Of a stretch of DNA of 64,000 nucleotides, positions 1 to 12,763 are shown one piece after another (within the stretch, counting starts at the first letter, position 1; each line of letters opens with the position of its first letter). Under the pieces are notes generated by a model, which searched no databases, had not been told where the DNA came from, and saw only the letters and a list, made by a program, of their open reading frames with translations. The stretch is from Saccostrea cucullata (lineage: Eukaryota). Location: NCBI RefSeq assembly GCF_032062105.1, contig NW_026937075.1, forward strand, positions 372,001 to 436,000. Direction: 5' to 3'. A program made the translations under genes and the position numbers.

Positions 1-212
1 TCAGGAAAAAGATTGTCCAACCTACCTACTGACCCAGTAATTTTACCCCGAGTCAGGAGAGGACAAGCAACAATTATTTAAAAGATTAAAGATGGCCTTA
101 TTATGATATTTTTTTTTGACAAGGTGATCGACTAGACATCAAAGTCAGTTAACATACACAGAGGAAGAGAAAATCATATCAACAACCAAGTCACCAGAAG
201 GAGTAAACTTAC

Positions 213-231
213 CAGCCATAGTAATAGGATC
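213..231 (-). other. Candidate 19-nt exon (possibly ATG-containing) of a minus-strand gene running off the left edge
   Basis: The minus strand reads long pyrimidine tract-CTTACCAG|GATCCTATTACTATGGCTG|GTAAGT, with an ATG at 219. A possible upstream exon lies at ~2319-2423 (TTTGTCAACAG acceptor, GTATGT donor). No homology is recognisable. Confidence 0.3.
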
Positions 232-1160
232 CTGGTAAGTTTGAAATGAAAATAAAAAAAAATTACTTGGAAATTTATTCTTAAACCTGAGCACTGCAGT
301 CACTCCTTTTCTGTGATAAACAGAAAGTATTTGGCTACTAAATTATGCTGAAATCTAAATAAACATGTGTACCCACACATCCTGTTCAATTTTAAAGTTT
401 TACCTACCTGTAACTAGTGTAAGTTCAATCTACACACCCCAATCAAATTGATACTTATACGCTTCAAATAACTAGAATATTCTATGGATGGTTAAACTCT
501 GTTTACAAATGAATGGCATTTAAACCAAGTTTGAATTCTTTACACTTGAGTTGAATTATTTCAAGATAAAGTTTCTTTCAATCTTTATATGTATCTATAG
601 ACATGCTTTTTATCACAAGATCTACAAAGAGAAGAGAGATCAAGTCTTATGGAATATGGATTATGATAACTACAATCTAACGGAATTATGAAACCTTTCA
701 GATTACAAGTACACAGACTGACGAATGAGCCACTCCATCTTAAACTTGTGAGCATGGTGAAAATACATTGTAATTTCATGGTTGTTATTTATTTTTGTGC
801 AACTTGTAAGAAAAATCTGCAGAGTTTTAACTCATAGACTTAATAACAGAGAAAAAAACAAATAAGATGAACTATAATAATTTTATTCAATAAAGAATCA
901 GAACAGATGTATACATGATCACTTGAATTGTGTCATTTATTTCACTCACAGTATACAATAATGATATTAAAGGTGAATCTGTGAATCACTATAAGTACAC
1001 ATTTTATTTCCTTATTAAATATGTTCACACTTAGTTATAAAATAAACGTACTGTATCTTGCCATATTACCAATTATAAGCTACTGTTATGTTCATTTTAT
1101 AGGGCATTTCTTCCATGGCAAAACTTTGAAAGATATGCATAAAATTTTTAAATGAAAAAA

Positions 1161-1760
1161 GGCTATCTTTAAAAAATAGCTTGTCTGTCCTCTCCTGCCC
1201 GACTACCTAAAACTGGCCTGATTGACATTATTAACCTCCAGGAAACAATGTTTATCTTCATTTCAATTCCTCCGGTCATTTCAAATCATCAGGTCAATTT
1301 TTTCTTTAATTCTGGCAGAAAGATTTGTCTTAAAACCATTTGAAGCGTTTAATTTTCCTAAAAGAATTTTTTTAAAAATGTCAGGTCATTCAAAACCCCC
1401 CATTGAAAGTCATTTATAAAAATATCAGGTCTTCACTTGAAATATCAGGTCATTCAAATTATCAGGTCAACAAGTTTTTTGTAAGAACAAATTGATACAA
1501 AGAAAAAATTCTCAGTGTTATTTACTAAAAGTGTATTTTAGTATAGTATCATCAATAATTGTCTCCCAAAAAACTGATACAGAATGTTTAAATTGATAAT
1601 TTTATGTGATGTTTTTTCATCAGGTCAAAATATCAGGTCTTTAGTATGTTCCGATGGGGGGGGGGGGGGGGGGGTAAAAATTTTTCCATCAACTAAACAA
1701 CCCATTTTTTTACCCTGAGTCTAAAGAGGACAGACAAGCATTGTTTTAAACAACATAGCC
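1161..1760. mobile_element. Non-autonomous DNA transposon (Kolobok-like)
   Basis: Inverted termini GGCTAT..CTTGTCTGTCCTC / GAGGACAGACAAG..ATAGCC and internal TCAGGTCA repeats. Related ends occur at 1-98 and ~11275-11600. Confidence 0.5.
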
Positions 1761-3632
1761 TAAAAACAACGTTACTAGTTACAAGCTTTTTTCTACTAAA
1801 TTCTTGTACTACCATACAGTGCATACCAAAAAATCCATTCAGGGGACTAAAATTTCTTGTAATAATGACACAAAATCACAAAATAAAATGTGAATTTTAA
1901 CATTAAACTAACACATACTCACTGTCTTAGCCTGGGCACAATAAATAGTTTTATATATAGTGTGTGTGTGTGGGGGGGGGGTAGCATTTTTTTATATTTG
2001 GCTTATAATATTGGGCAGAATGGGCTACTGATTGAAAAAAAATATTAAGGTACCTATGGCCTGTGTCAGATACTGGTGTCTGAATTTTTCCCCATTACGT
2101 TCTGTATTATCAGGGTCCTATAGCACAGGCATTTGTTTTGTATACAGGGTACCCCTTCTTATGTTTACTACAAATAAATGGTGTCCTATGCCATGACAGT
2201 TACCCTACAGTGATTTTTTTCTATGACCCTTTTCCATGTCTCTAGAAATAATGGAATATGGTTCAATTTTTAAAAAACAGTTTCATCAAAATGCAATGAT
2301 TAACATGAACATACATACCAAATATCCTTCTGGTTGGAACTAAATATTCTTCCTTGTACAGGTGCTTTCAATTTGTCATAAAAATATTCGCATCTTGATT
2401 TTTTTTATGTCATTTCGAACTTCCTGTTGACAAAGAAACGTCAAAGTGTTTCTCGAACCCGACAGTAAAACTGGCCTTGAACCCGAGAGTAAAACGGTCT
2501 GGAACTCAGCATAGGCGTTTGGTTTCAGGTTGTTGAATTTTTTGTGCACTAACATCAAATAAATCTCTTAAATTAGCAGTTTTTAAAAATATCATTTAAC
2601 TGTATATAAAAACAATTATCTTTCAAAAAAGTGTTACTTTCAGCGATTTTTTAAAATTTTATTTTAATGAGTAATTCAGACATGCTTAGAAAAACACAAA
2701 ATACCCCATCCTATAACCAAACAAACCTTATCATTTTATATGGAAGAATTTGTTATGTTTTTAATAATGTTGATTTTGATAAATGTGTAAAAATTACACT
2801 GGGTTCTCTTTTCAAAATGATGCCCGGAAAATATCTGCAAGTCCCATATAGATGCATTTGCCACAGGAACAAGTGCTTGTGGCATTTGCAATGGAAAGAA
2901 TGCTACATGTAACATGTTTGTTATGATAAGGCAGTTCTGGAAGGAATGGACAAAAAGGGAACACATGTTAATCGTTTATCAGAATAAAAGATGTATATCG
3001 GTGAATAATAAACCAAAAAAATATATTCATAAAATTTATGGACAATGATTTTACCCTTTAATATTTCAAATTCATATTTCGTATGACAGGGTACCGACAT
3101 GTTTGACCTACTGACCTAAGAGTTTGAAGTTTACCAAACTTTATCCTTGACCATAACTTTTATATATGTTTGGTACTACGGCTATCATGCTTTACATGTG
3201 CATTCCTTATGACAAGATTTTATGTTGAGTACCGAAGTTATTGACCTTCTGACCTTGACCTCGAAAATTGATCTACTTTGAAAAAAGGTCTATCAGATGA
3301 GATTGACAAAATAGCATGAAATTAATTTAACTTTAAAGTGGATATTGACTTGTTAAAATTTTATCAATGTTTATAAATTTTGTAGTATATATTAGTTATT
3401 TTCAAATGCTTTGTATTTTAATTTTTTTCATAATTATTTTCACATATGGTAAAGTAGTCATACAAAAATACAAAAAATACAAAAAAACTTTAAAACCGTT
3501 TAGACCTTTTACTTAGAGAGAAAAAATATGAAAACTTTTAACTAATTTTAGCACAAATCTGTACTTCTTAGATAGGAATCTATCAAAAGCTAAGGAGGAA
3601 CTTCAGACTTCTCATTCCTCAATAACTCTTAA

Positions 3633-4107
3633 AGGGGCATGGACACAGTTTCAGCCAAAATTTCAAAATTTATTTTTACCAATATCTAATTAGGGTCTTT
3701 CTAATGATCATCAAAAATTTGAACATCGGTTGTCGAGATACAAGACAGATTTAGAGCTCGAAACCTTTGTTATGTAAACAAAGTTAGTGTCATGTTTTTG
3801 TTTACACAGGTTAATATACTAATATATGTTCGTTCAAAGTAGATAATTTCAAATGAAAGTTGATTTTAAATACGATTCGATAGTTACTATTGATTTGCAG
3901 ACTTTCATTTTGTTATAGATGTATTGCTATATGTAAACAAAAACAAGGCACGAGCCTTGCTCGAATTACGAAGAACTTTAAGTTCTGTATCTTGTTAATC
4001 AACAAATGATGTTCAAATTTTTGCTAATCAATAGATGATGCCTTAGGTATGAATTGTCAACATTAAAATTGGTTTAAAAAATCAGTTAAAACTGTGTCCA
4101 TGCCCCT
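3633..4107. mobile_element. MITE with TTAA target duplication (Kolobok-like)
   Basis: TTAA|AGGGGCATGGACACAGTTT ... AAACTGTGTCCATGCCCCT|TTAA. Confidence 0.85.
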
Positions 4108-4679
4108 TTAAGGACTTTAAGAAAGTGGAAAATCACAAGATTTCTCAAAAGCCTATACTAATACACTATATACAGGCATTCCCCGGGATACGTAAATAAA
4201 ACAAGCTTTTGATATAGACAACTGCCTCTTCAATAAAATTGGACTCAGAAATTTTTCACCTCTTGGGATTGGTCATCATCAAAATTGCATGATTGTATAC
4301 ATACGTACTCTGGAGTTGATGTTTAAAGGCTGCTGGAGTCCCCCATCTTCTAACAAACTGTTGGAATCCCAATGGACATTAATTGAGCCCCTTTAATTAT
4401 TTAACCGACCTGTTGACTCCTATGAAGCAGAATTACTCAAAATCTTCTACATGATTTAAAGAAGATTACACCTTCAACACTCGGCCTTCAGCTCGAATTT
4501 AATACTAGTATATCTGAAAGTCGAGTTGAAGGTTACGTGCTGCAAGTGCTTTAATTCTTCTTCTCATGTACTTTTAAGATTTTGAGTAAATTCTGCTTCA
4601 TGTAAGAATCAACAGGTCGACGACGTTTTATCAGTAAACATAATTATTTCCATACAGATGTCGACTCGATCCGTACTTC

Positions 4680-4900
4680 CAGTGAACATGAAATAAAATA
4701 CACAACAGAGTCTGCCTCATCTGCTTCATATTTTAATGTTTTACTGGCTATAAACAACAAAAATCCAACTGACAACTAAATCATATGACAGTTTCAGCTT
4801 TCTATTGTCAATTTCCTTGTATGTAAAAATATTCTGCTATCACCTGAATGTGGTGTTTATGTCTTTAAACTCAACTTATTCGCTACTCAAGAGCTTTTCT
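4680..4900 (+). mobile_element. Degenerate Penelope-like retroelement fragment (RT C-terminal part)
   Basis: The broken translation EIKYTTESASSASYFNVLL..LTTK.YD.FSF.IVNF..NI.LSP.CGVY matches the Penelope RT thumb motif pattern. Same family as 27570-28520. Confidence 0.6.
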
Positions 4901-5493
4901 TAATTCTGGCAAGTTTGGTTGAAATTGGCCCAGTGCCGACCCAGTTCTTCAGAAGAAAATGAAAATGAGAAAAAGTTTTACTACGACGAAAGCTGACTTC
5001 ATATTAGAAGAGCTCATTTAAGCCTTCGGCTCAGGTGAGCTAAAAGTAAGACATTTTCAAAAATAAAAGGTAAAAAATCAAAAACAATTTAACTCGGATC
5101 ACAAGGGGGTACCAAGCACCTGTGGTAGGTTATGATGTATTCAGAAATATACATATATATTTTTTTTTTGGTAAAATCACGCCAACCCCCACCCCTTAAG
5201 TCAATCTACATATCTGCATTGATATAAATAGATAACATTGCAGAACAATGATTGACGGCCATGGAGACCAACCATAAAATTCAGTTCCCTGCGCTTATTC
5301 AGATGGTAATAATATTGAATAATAATTGAGAGAAAATAGTTATTTGTAGCCGTAGGACGGAATATTTATTCTATAATAAAAGCATTAGACTCTGACTTCT
5401 GAAGCCACTGATTCCCGCTTTTTTTCTTTCGTGGCCAAAAGTTAGCTATTTCGGAATTATACGTACGTTATCACTCTGGATATTAGTAGAACC

Positions 5494-5530
5494 AAATATG
5501 GCTGCGCCCATGAATTTCAATAACTTTTAA
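5494..5530 (+). promoter_or_regulatory. YY1-like initiator motif / short uORF upstream of FRG1
   Basis: AAATATGGCTGCGCCCATG lies ~80 nt before the FRG1 ATG. The ATG at 5498 opens MAAPMNFNNF*. Confidence 0.4.
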
Positions 5531-5574
5531 AGTTTGTTTACCATTTTTTGCCACAGAATTTACTTTAAATAGAT

Positions 5575-8500
5575 ATGGCTGATGCCTACACCTTTGTCAA
5601 GGGCGGCAAGCTAAAATTAAAGGGCCACAAGGAGAAAAAGTATGTATCATATCAGCGTCAAAATTAAAAATAACTCGTGATATGAATTTTTCAGTTTTTT
5701 CCTGGCACGTAAAATGCCAAAATCGTTTTAAAGCCTGGAAAACATAAGATTTTTCGGACTACGTTTAAATATACAATGTTGAAAATATCATTCATATTTG
5801 TGGAATGTATTCTATACCATGTACTGTATGTTTCCACTCTTCATTAAATATACCCCCCCCCAAAAAAAAAAAACAAAACAAAACAAAAAAAAAAAAAAAC
5901 AAAACAAAACAAACAAACAAACGTTTTAGAATTGTTTTTCACATGTTATGTTTTTCCCTTCTGCTTTGTTTGGATTTTTTCCTTGATATTAGAAGAAAAG
6001 TTTTCAAAGTTTGTCTAAATAAAGAAAAAAATTGGAATTGCTTGATATTCTTGATGGCTTTGGGAAACCTAAACGGTTTAGACTTTAGAGTGTTACTGTA
6101 TTCTGATGCAAAGGGAGGAAATTAATTCTATTATAACTGTGAATTTTTTTGCAGTAAACAGTGGAAGTAATTGATGGATTTCTTTCAGACACAAGAAGCA
6201 TAAAAAGAAGAGAAAGCATGATGAGATGGAAGACGTCTCAAAGACCTCAGGGGGTGCTTCCAGTACTGACCCAGACATGGTCGCTCACGGTAAGTCAACA
6301 GGGAGGGATGAAGAACAATAGGGAGGGTGAAGGACAAATTTATTGACACATTTTTTGGTACTTGCTAATTTCATACTGTGTTGAGCTAGGTCTTCAGAAT
6401 TTAAAACAGATATTTACTGTTCATTTACTAGTTCAAAATCCAGGTTTCCTATACTATAGCTGATTGTTGATGGCCTGGATCTGGGACTTGAAGCTGCCTA
6501 TTAAATTAAGGATGTTCAAATGACAGCTGATTATAATAAGGAGATCCTAATCCAATTCAGAAAGCTCTCTTGGCCTTCTGGTGGAATAAACCTTTCACCC
6601 ATCCAATATCAATTATGCTTGTTCCAAATTTAGAAAATTTATTTATGATACTTATAAATAAAAGATTGTCACAACTACTTTGAGACCATGTCGTTTATCA
6701 TGTATTGTTTAGTAAATAGATTATTGAGTAAATTATGGAACAACTTATTCAAAGAATTCATAAACCTCTAATATCTACAATATTATCAGCTAAAAAAAAA
6801 AAACAATCATGGAATACCAAAGTGTATAAAGCAAAGAAATTTTAAAAGTAACGATCAAGGAATTGTATAGAAAATAAGTATAACAATATTTCTTATTGTC
6901 TGGTTTCATTGTAGGTGGTTGGTGGGTAGCCAGGAATTTTGAAGATATAACTGGGAATGTTGCAATAGAGATCGGTGATAGTCGGTACGTGTCTGCAGTT
7001 GATAATGGAACATTTATACTTGGACCAGCAAGAGATCAAGGTATATTTTGCTTAGAGTGATACAAGAAACAAGGCTGAGGTTATTAAATTATTTAAACTT
7101 AAGAACTCAAGTCATAGTACTTGAAAATACATGTAATTGAGAACAGCGAGTTTCTTGTGTAGGGAGAAATCATTATCTCGGACCACATTATCATTTTTTA
7201 TATCCTTCTGACAGGTGATGGACCAGAAGCAGAGGAAATTCTGACAGCTGTACAAGTGTCAGACACAAAGCTAGCTCTCAAGTCTGGTTACGGGAAATAT
7301 CTGACTGTGGATCCTGATGGTGATGTCACAGGCAAGGCAGAGGCCATCGGAGTGCGGGAACAATGGGAACCAGTTTTTCAAGAGGTGAATATTTTTTTAT
7401 ATTTTAAATTAAGATATGCATGAATATTCTTGAGACATCATTTTTACTTGCTTTGCACATTGTAAAATCATCATTAATCTTTGAATTAGAAAAATCACAT
7501 TTTAAAAATATGTATATGTGTCTCTTATTATAACAAATAAATAATTATTTATAACAAACTTGGCACATCAGTATCAAATACATGTATGTAAGGATAACTT
7601 AAAATAAACAATATATAAGGATTTACTATGTACAGTGTATTTATTTAAACAGTAATTCTTTTAAACAGGGGAAGATGGCTTTGAACGGAAGTAATGGAAA
7701 ATTTTTGGCTGCAAACAGAGATGATGAAATTGTCTGTCTTAGTTCTAAGGCTGGGGAACAGGAGATGATTAAGGTATGAGTTTGAATTGATTGAGAAATG
7801 TTTCTTTTGATTTCTTAACTGTAAAAATAATACACAGTGAATTAAAAAAAAAATCTAGCAAAATCACATGACAGAGCATAAAATTGGAGGGAGATAACTC
7901 AAAAGCACTGATGAACTGGTACACATTGTCTTTATGGACTTTGAATTATTTTCAGATCAGATTAAATTTATCCTTAGAAGTTGATCCCATGGCCAATATT
8001 CCAAAAGAAGAGAGAGGCAAAGTCAAGGAAGCAGAAATTAATTATGTGTAAGATAAAAAAAAATGTTGTCTGAGTTATCAAATACAGAAGTACATACACA
8101 TGTATTTAATTGTATTGATTATCTTTACAGGAAAAAATTCCAGAGTTTTCAAGACAGGAAGTTAAAAGTGAGTAAGGAGGATGTGTCTTCTCTTAAAAAG
8201 GCTAAAAAAGACGGGAACTTTCACGAAACACTGCTCGACAGGTAAGGTGATACATGCAACCGCAACATCAGAATAGGGCATACTCAATATTTCTTAAATA
8301 CTGCACTAAAAACAATTAAAATTCACTTCAGATTCTAACCATCTTATGCACATTATTAAAGATGAAATGTTTAAAAGAATGAAGTGCATGTACATGTCCT
8401 GGTGTTTTTGAAAATGAAGCGCTATGATCATGTAAAGTAAAAAGAGAGAATTAGAAAAGCTGAAATTGTGACCCACTGTCAAATTTTTACTAGTAATAAA

Positions 8501-8620
8501 TGTCTTCTGTAGTAATTTGAAATACAAGTGAACAAAATTCAGGTATTTCCAATATTGATTAAAGTAAAATTTTTAAATTTCAGGAGAGAAAAAATGAAGG
8601 CTGATCGTTATTGTAAATAA
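5575..8620 (+). CDS. FRG1: Protein FRG1 (FSHD region gene 1 homolog), 268 aa, 8 exons
   Basis: Exons 5575-5639, 6189-6289, 6915-7040, 7215-7384, 7669-7773, 7956-8047, 8131-8241 and 8584-8620. All are GT-AG and phase-consistent (807 nt). The protein has [17 protein letters not shown], a basic [13 protein letters not shown], the fascin-like core [35 protein letters not shown] and the hallmark end [15 protein letters not shown]. Confidence 0.97.
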
Positions 8621-8723
8621 TTCCAGCATGAATGTTTGCTTCAATGCAGAAAGTGTATAATTGCATGCTCTCCAAATTCAATTTGGATCAAATTTAAACA
8701 ACTTACATTGAAAACCTCTTCAA

Positions 8724-8724
<1 letters not shown>

Positions 8725-8771
<47 letters not shown>

Positions 8772-10255
8772 CTTACATTGAAAACCTCTTCAACCAAACT
8801 TGCCACAAAGCATTTGGGTGAAGGGGATTATTAGGGCCAATTCAAGGGGAGATAATTGGCAATTAATGAAAATTTGGTGGCATGTTTTAAAAATCTTCTT
8901 CTCAAGAACCACTGTGCCAGGAAAGATGAAACTTATGGGGAAAAGTAGTGTAGTCAAGTTTGCATGTAGGGCGGGGCCAAAATCCAAAGTTTTACATAGA
9001 AATATATAGGAAAATTCTTTTAAAAATCTTATTCTCAAGAATGACCAAGCCATAATTCATCATATTTATATGGAAGCATCTTCAGGTAGTGTAGATTCAA
9101 GTTTGTTCAAATCATGACCCCCGGGGGTAGGGCAGGGCCAAAATGGCCGACCAAAGTTTTACATAAAAATATATAGGAAAATTCTTTAGAAATCTTCTTC
9201 TCAAGAATGACCAAGCCATAATTCATCATATTTACATAGAAGCATCCTCAGGTAGTGTTAATTCAAGTTTGTTCAAATCATGACCCCCGGGGGTAGGGCG
9301 GGGCCAAAATGGCCGACCAAAGTTTTACATAGAAATAAATAGGAAAATTCTTTAAAAATCTTCTTCTCAAGAATGACCAAGCCATAATTCATCGTATTTA
9401 TATAGAAGCATCCTCAGGTAGTGTTAATTCAAGTTTGTTCAAATCATGAGCCCCGGGGGTAGGGCGGGGCCAAAATGGCCGACCAAAGTTTTACATAGAA
9501 ATATATAGGAAAATTCTTTTAAAAATCTTATTCTCAAGAATGACCAAGCCATAATTCATCGTATTTATAAAGAAGCATCCTCAGGTAGTAGGGCAGGGCC
9601 AAAATGGCCGACCAAAGTTTTACATAGAAATAAATAGGAAAATTCTTTAAAAATCTTCTTCTCAAGAATGACCAAGCCATAATTTATCATATTTATATAG
9701 AAGCATCCTCAGATAGTGTAGATTCAAGTTTGTTCAAATCATGACCCCCGGGGTTAGGGCGGGGCCAAAATGGTCGACCAAAGTTTTACATAGAAATATA
9801 TAGGAAAATTCTTTTAAAAATCTTATTCTCAAGAATGACCAAGCCATAATTCATCGTATTTATATAGAAGCATCCTCAGGTAGTGTAGATTCAAGTTTGT
9901 TCAAATCATGACCCCCGGGGTTAGGGCGGGGCCAAAATGGCCGACCAAAGTTTTACATAGAAATATATAGGAAAATTCTTTTAAAAATCTTATTCTCAAG
10001 AATGACCAAGCCATAATTCATCATATTTATATAGAAGCATCCTCAGATAGTGTAGATTCAAGTTTGTTCAAATCATGACCCCCGGGGGTAGGGCGGGGCC
10101 AAAATGGCCGACCGAAGTTTTACATAGAAATATATAGGAAAATTCTTTAAAAATCATCTTCTCAAAGATAGAAAATCCATGATTGTTCATGGGACTACTT
10201 TTGGATTTTACCTTTTCATTAATAAACCAATTTATACTTTTACCTAGCCACAGTG

Positions 10256-10290
<35 letters not shown>
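8725..10290 (+). mobile_element. Helentron-associated non-autonomous element (HINE) with central ~166-bp satellite array
   Basis: 5' TTTTTAGCTCACCTGAGCCGAAGGCTCAAGTGAGC and 3' GCTCAGGTGAGCGATGTGGCCCATGGGCCTCTTGTT (subterminal IR plus hairpin). There are ~7 tandem 166-167-bp units (starts 9041, 9207, 9373, 9540 [internally deleted], 9668, 9835, 10002), resembling the oyster Cg170/HindIII-type satellite. Confidence 0.88.
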
Positions 10291-10291
<1 letters not shown>

Positions 10292-10629
10292 TTATTAAAT
10301 CTGGATTTGAAAAGCAGTCATATCAAAAGAAGTAGCTGTGCTCCTCCCATTGCGTAATTTTTGTACATCATTCCAGGACCAGATTAATTCAATTGATGTA
10401 TTAATTAAAGCTTAACTTAAGGAACTATTTTGAAATATTCTTGAAATTTGTTCATTCATCCTGCATCATTTTATTTAAAATAAAAATCATACATATGTAC
10501 ATACCCATTGATTTTAAATTGTCATTAAATGTGGAAAACACGTTTTTACCAGTTTTCATTAATTAGTTTGCGTATATCCAAAAGGGGTTCAAACATTTCA
10601 GATTGAACAAAAATCTCACCAGAGACTTA

Positions 10630-10890
10630 GTTGCACTCGTGGTGTAGTGCCTTGAGCGTTTGCTGTAAGAGTTACAGAGTAAGGGGTTGATCCTTACTTC
10701 GCTGGTCCAAATTCCTCTGTTGGACATGGAGACCGGTCCTTCTGATGAGACCTTATGAACCAAGGTCCCATATCGCATTGGTTTTAGCACTGAGTATTGG
10801 TCTAAATTTGCAACCCTCTACTCACAAGTTGTGGCACCTTAAAACGAGAGAAAATTCTCCACAGGGATATCAAGCAAACAAACAAAATAA
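10630..10890 (+). mobile_element. tRNA-derived SINE (V-domain type), degenerate
   Basis: A-box-like TGGTGTAGTG, core GATGAGACC..AACCAAGGTCC and a (CAAA)n tail. Same family as 27661, 29048 and 36551. Confidence 0.6.
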
Positions 10891-10957
10891 ATACCAGAGA
10901 GCAGTTAAATTAATAAAAATATATGTACTATAATGGTTCCTTGAATGATTAAAGGTA

Positions 10958-11164
10958 TTGTAAATGTATTATATTTGGCGTGTACGATATTTGGCGGAAA
11001 TTGATTTTTAAACAGGTTAGGGTAGCTTTGATTTAGCACATTTATTCATTTCCATATACATGCGTGTATGTGCAAGACATTTAGCGTTGTACTTGAATTA
11101 GTGGACGTTTCTTTCCGCCAAAGGCTCTAAAAAGAATACACAGCCAAATGTAATACGTTTACAG
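10958..11164. mobile_element. Tc1/mariner-type MITE
   Basis: TIRs TGTAAATGTATTATATTTGGC / GCCAAATGTAATACGTTTACAG. An inverted copy of the same family lies at 47874-48060. Confidence 0.7.
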
Positions 11165-12763
11165 TCTACTCGGTATTCATGTGGAACCTGTTACACAAGT
11201 ATTTGTGGCAACAAGTGTTACTACTCTGATAATGGTGTGAACTAGGTTTTGTTTGTTTTAAAATAATCCAACTTAATGGCCATCAGCATATTTCCAAAAA
11301 AAAGTTGCATATAGTTCTGATAAATTGCTGACATGATTTTTATGTTCAGGGTTTGTTTGCTTGGCCGATTCCAACTGACTAGCTAAGTAAAAATTTCTTA
11401 AATCCTTTTTGAACCTCCAGGAAACAATTTTTTTTCATTCTAGAATTTTCTCATCTCCTCAACAAATATTTTTCTGTATCAATACTTTGAATTTTAACAG
11501 ATTTTAAAAATAGAGCACCGATGACAAACCTCTTTACAACCGACCCATTTTCCCCCCAGTTGAGACAGTGCAAACAAAAATATTTTTTAAAAGATGGCTT
11601 CATAAACTTTTGACCTATATTGTACTTGAAACTCGTAATACTAATCTACTTATATATAGCACGGGGGCTTAAGTGCTGTCTTATGACAGCTAATTCATTA
11701 TGTTGTTAGAAGTATTACACAGTTATTCCCCTTATGATCACCAGCTGATAATTGGCAGTTTTCATTACAATACTTCTCAAGTGCTGCATAACAGGCTAAT
11801 AAACATGACCAACTTCTTGGAAGGTTAAAAGAACCTTTTTGCACCAGTTGTGTTAAAAATGCAAATTTAATTCCATATAGCAGACATTTCCCTTCATGTA
11901 TCCAAACATCTTTCATTATGTTTGAGTTAGTTGTTTCATACATCACAGTAAGATGCCTAGCAATTTTAACATAGTTTTTAGATCAGAAGAGTTTATGCGA
12001 TAGTAAGGTATCCGTCCGTCTGTCTCTGTAAACAATTTTTCAATCTTCTCCTTCAGTTTTGGTCTGATCTCAGTATAACTTGGCAGCACACAGGTAGACT
12101 ACACTAGGATATATAATTCTGTGTATCTGATTTTGATTTCAATGAAAAGTGTTACTGTGGATACTAAAAATACAGATATAGATAAATACTTTCAAAATGC
12201 TAATCCTCCCCCAGTTTTAGTCTGATTTCAGTATAATATGGCATGCAAGTCAACTACACTGAGATACATAATTCTCTTATTAAATTGTTTTTTGATGAAA
12301 GATGTTGCCATGGTGAATAAAATTTATAATTCTGTATAACTTTATTAAAAGCTATCCCTACAGTTGTAGTCTTATTGCAGTCTTGCCAAAATAAGAGACT
12401 TGATTAAGGATCATTATTCTATTTATTGCTGTTGTAAAGTTTTAAGTCCCAACTGCTTCTTTTCTCTTCCTTTGTTAAGTACAAACCAGTTAAGAGCTAC
12501 AGTCTCGACAGAGACTTCTGGTTTAATTTACACATAATTGAACTACAATTTCTTTGTAAAATTTTGTTTTTATTTCCAAAATAATGTAACCAATTTATAA
12601 TCTATTCTAAAAATATGATAAATAAATACTGTCTGGTATATTAAGTAGATTCTTTAGCACCATAGAGGGGATCAGATCAAAAACACAGCATTAGAAGTCA
12701 ATCTACAAGTATAGTTAAAAGTCAGACATCTCATAATAAATATAAACAAATACATTAATTCAT

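Noticed and set aside
124-234. Plus-strand coding exon (AG at 122-123, GTAAGT at 235)
   Set aside because: Stop codons occur in all three frames within 30 nt. It could only be UTR or non-coding, and the minus-strand reading is equally plausible.
2319-2548. Minus-strand coding exon with duplicated VLLSGSR
   Set aside because: It is open end-to-end only if one A is removed from the A8 run at ~2399-2406, and it has no recognisable homology. Kept only as a possible UTR exon.
5854-5921. Lys-rich ORF 5805-6125
   Set aside because: Derived from a poly-C/(A)n/(CAAAA)n low-complexity tract in FRG1 intron 1.
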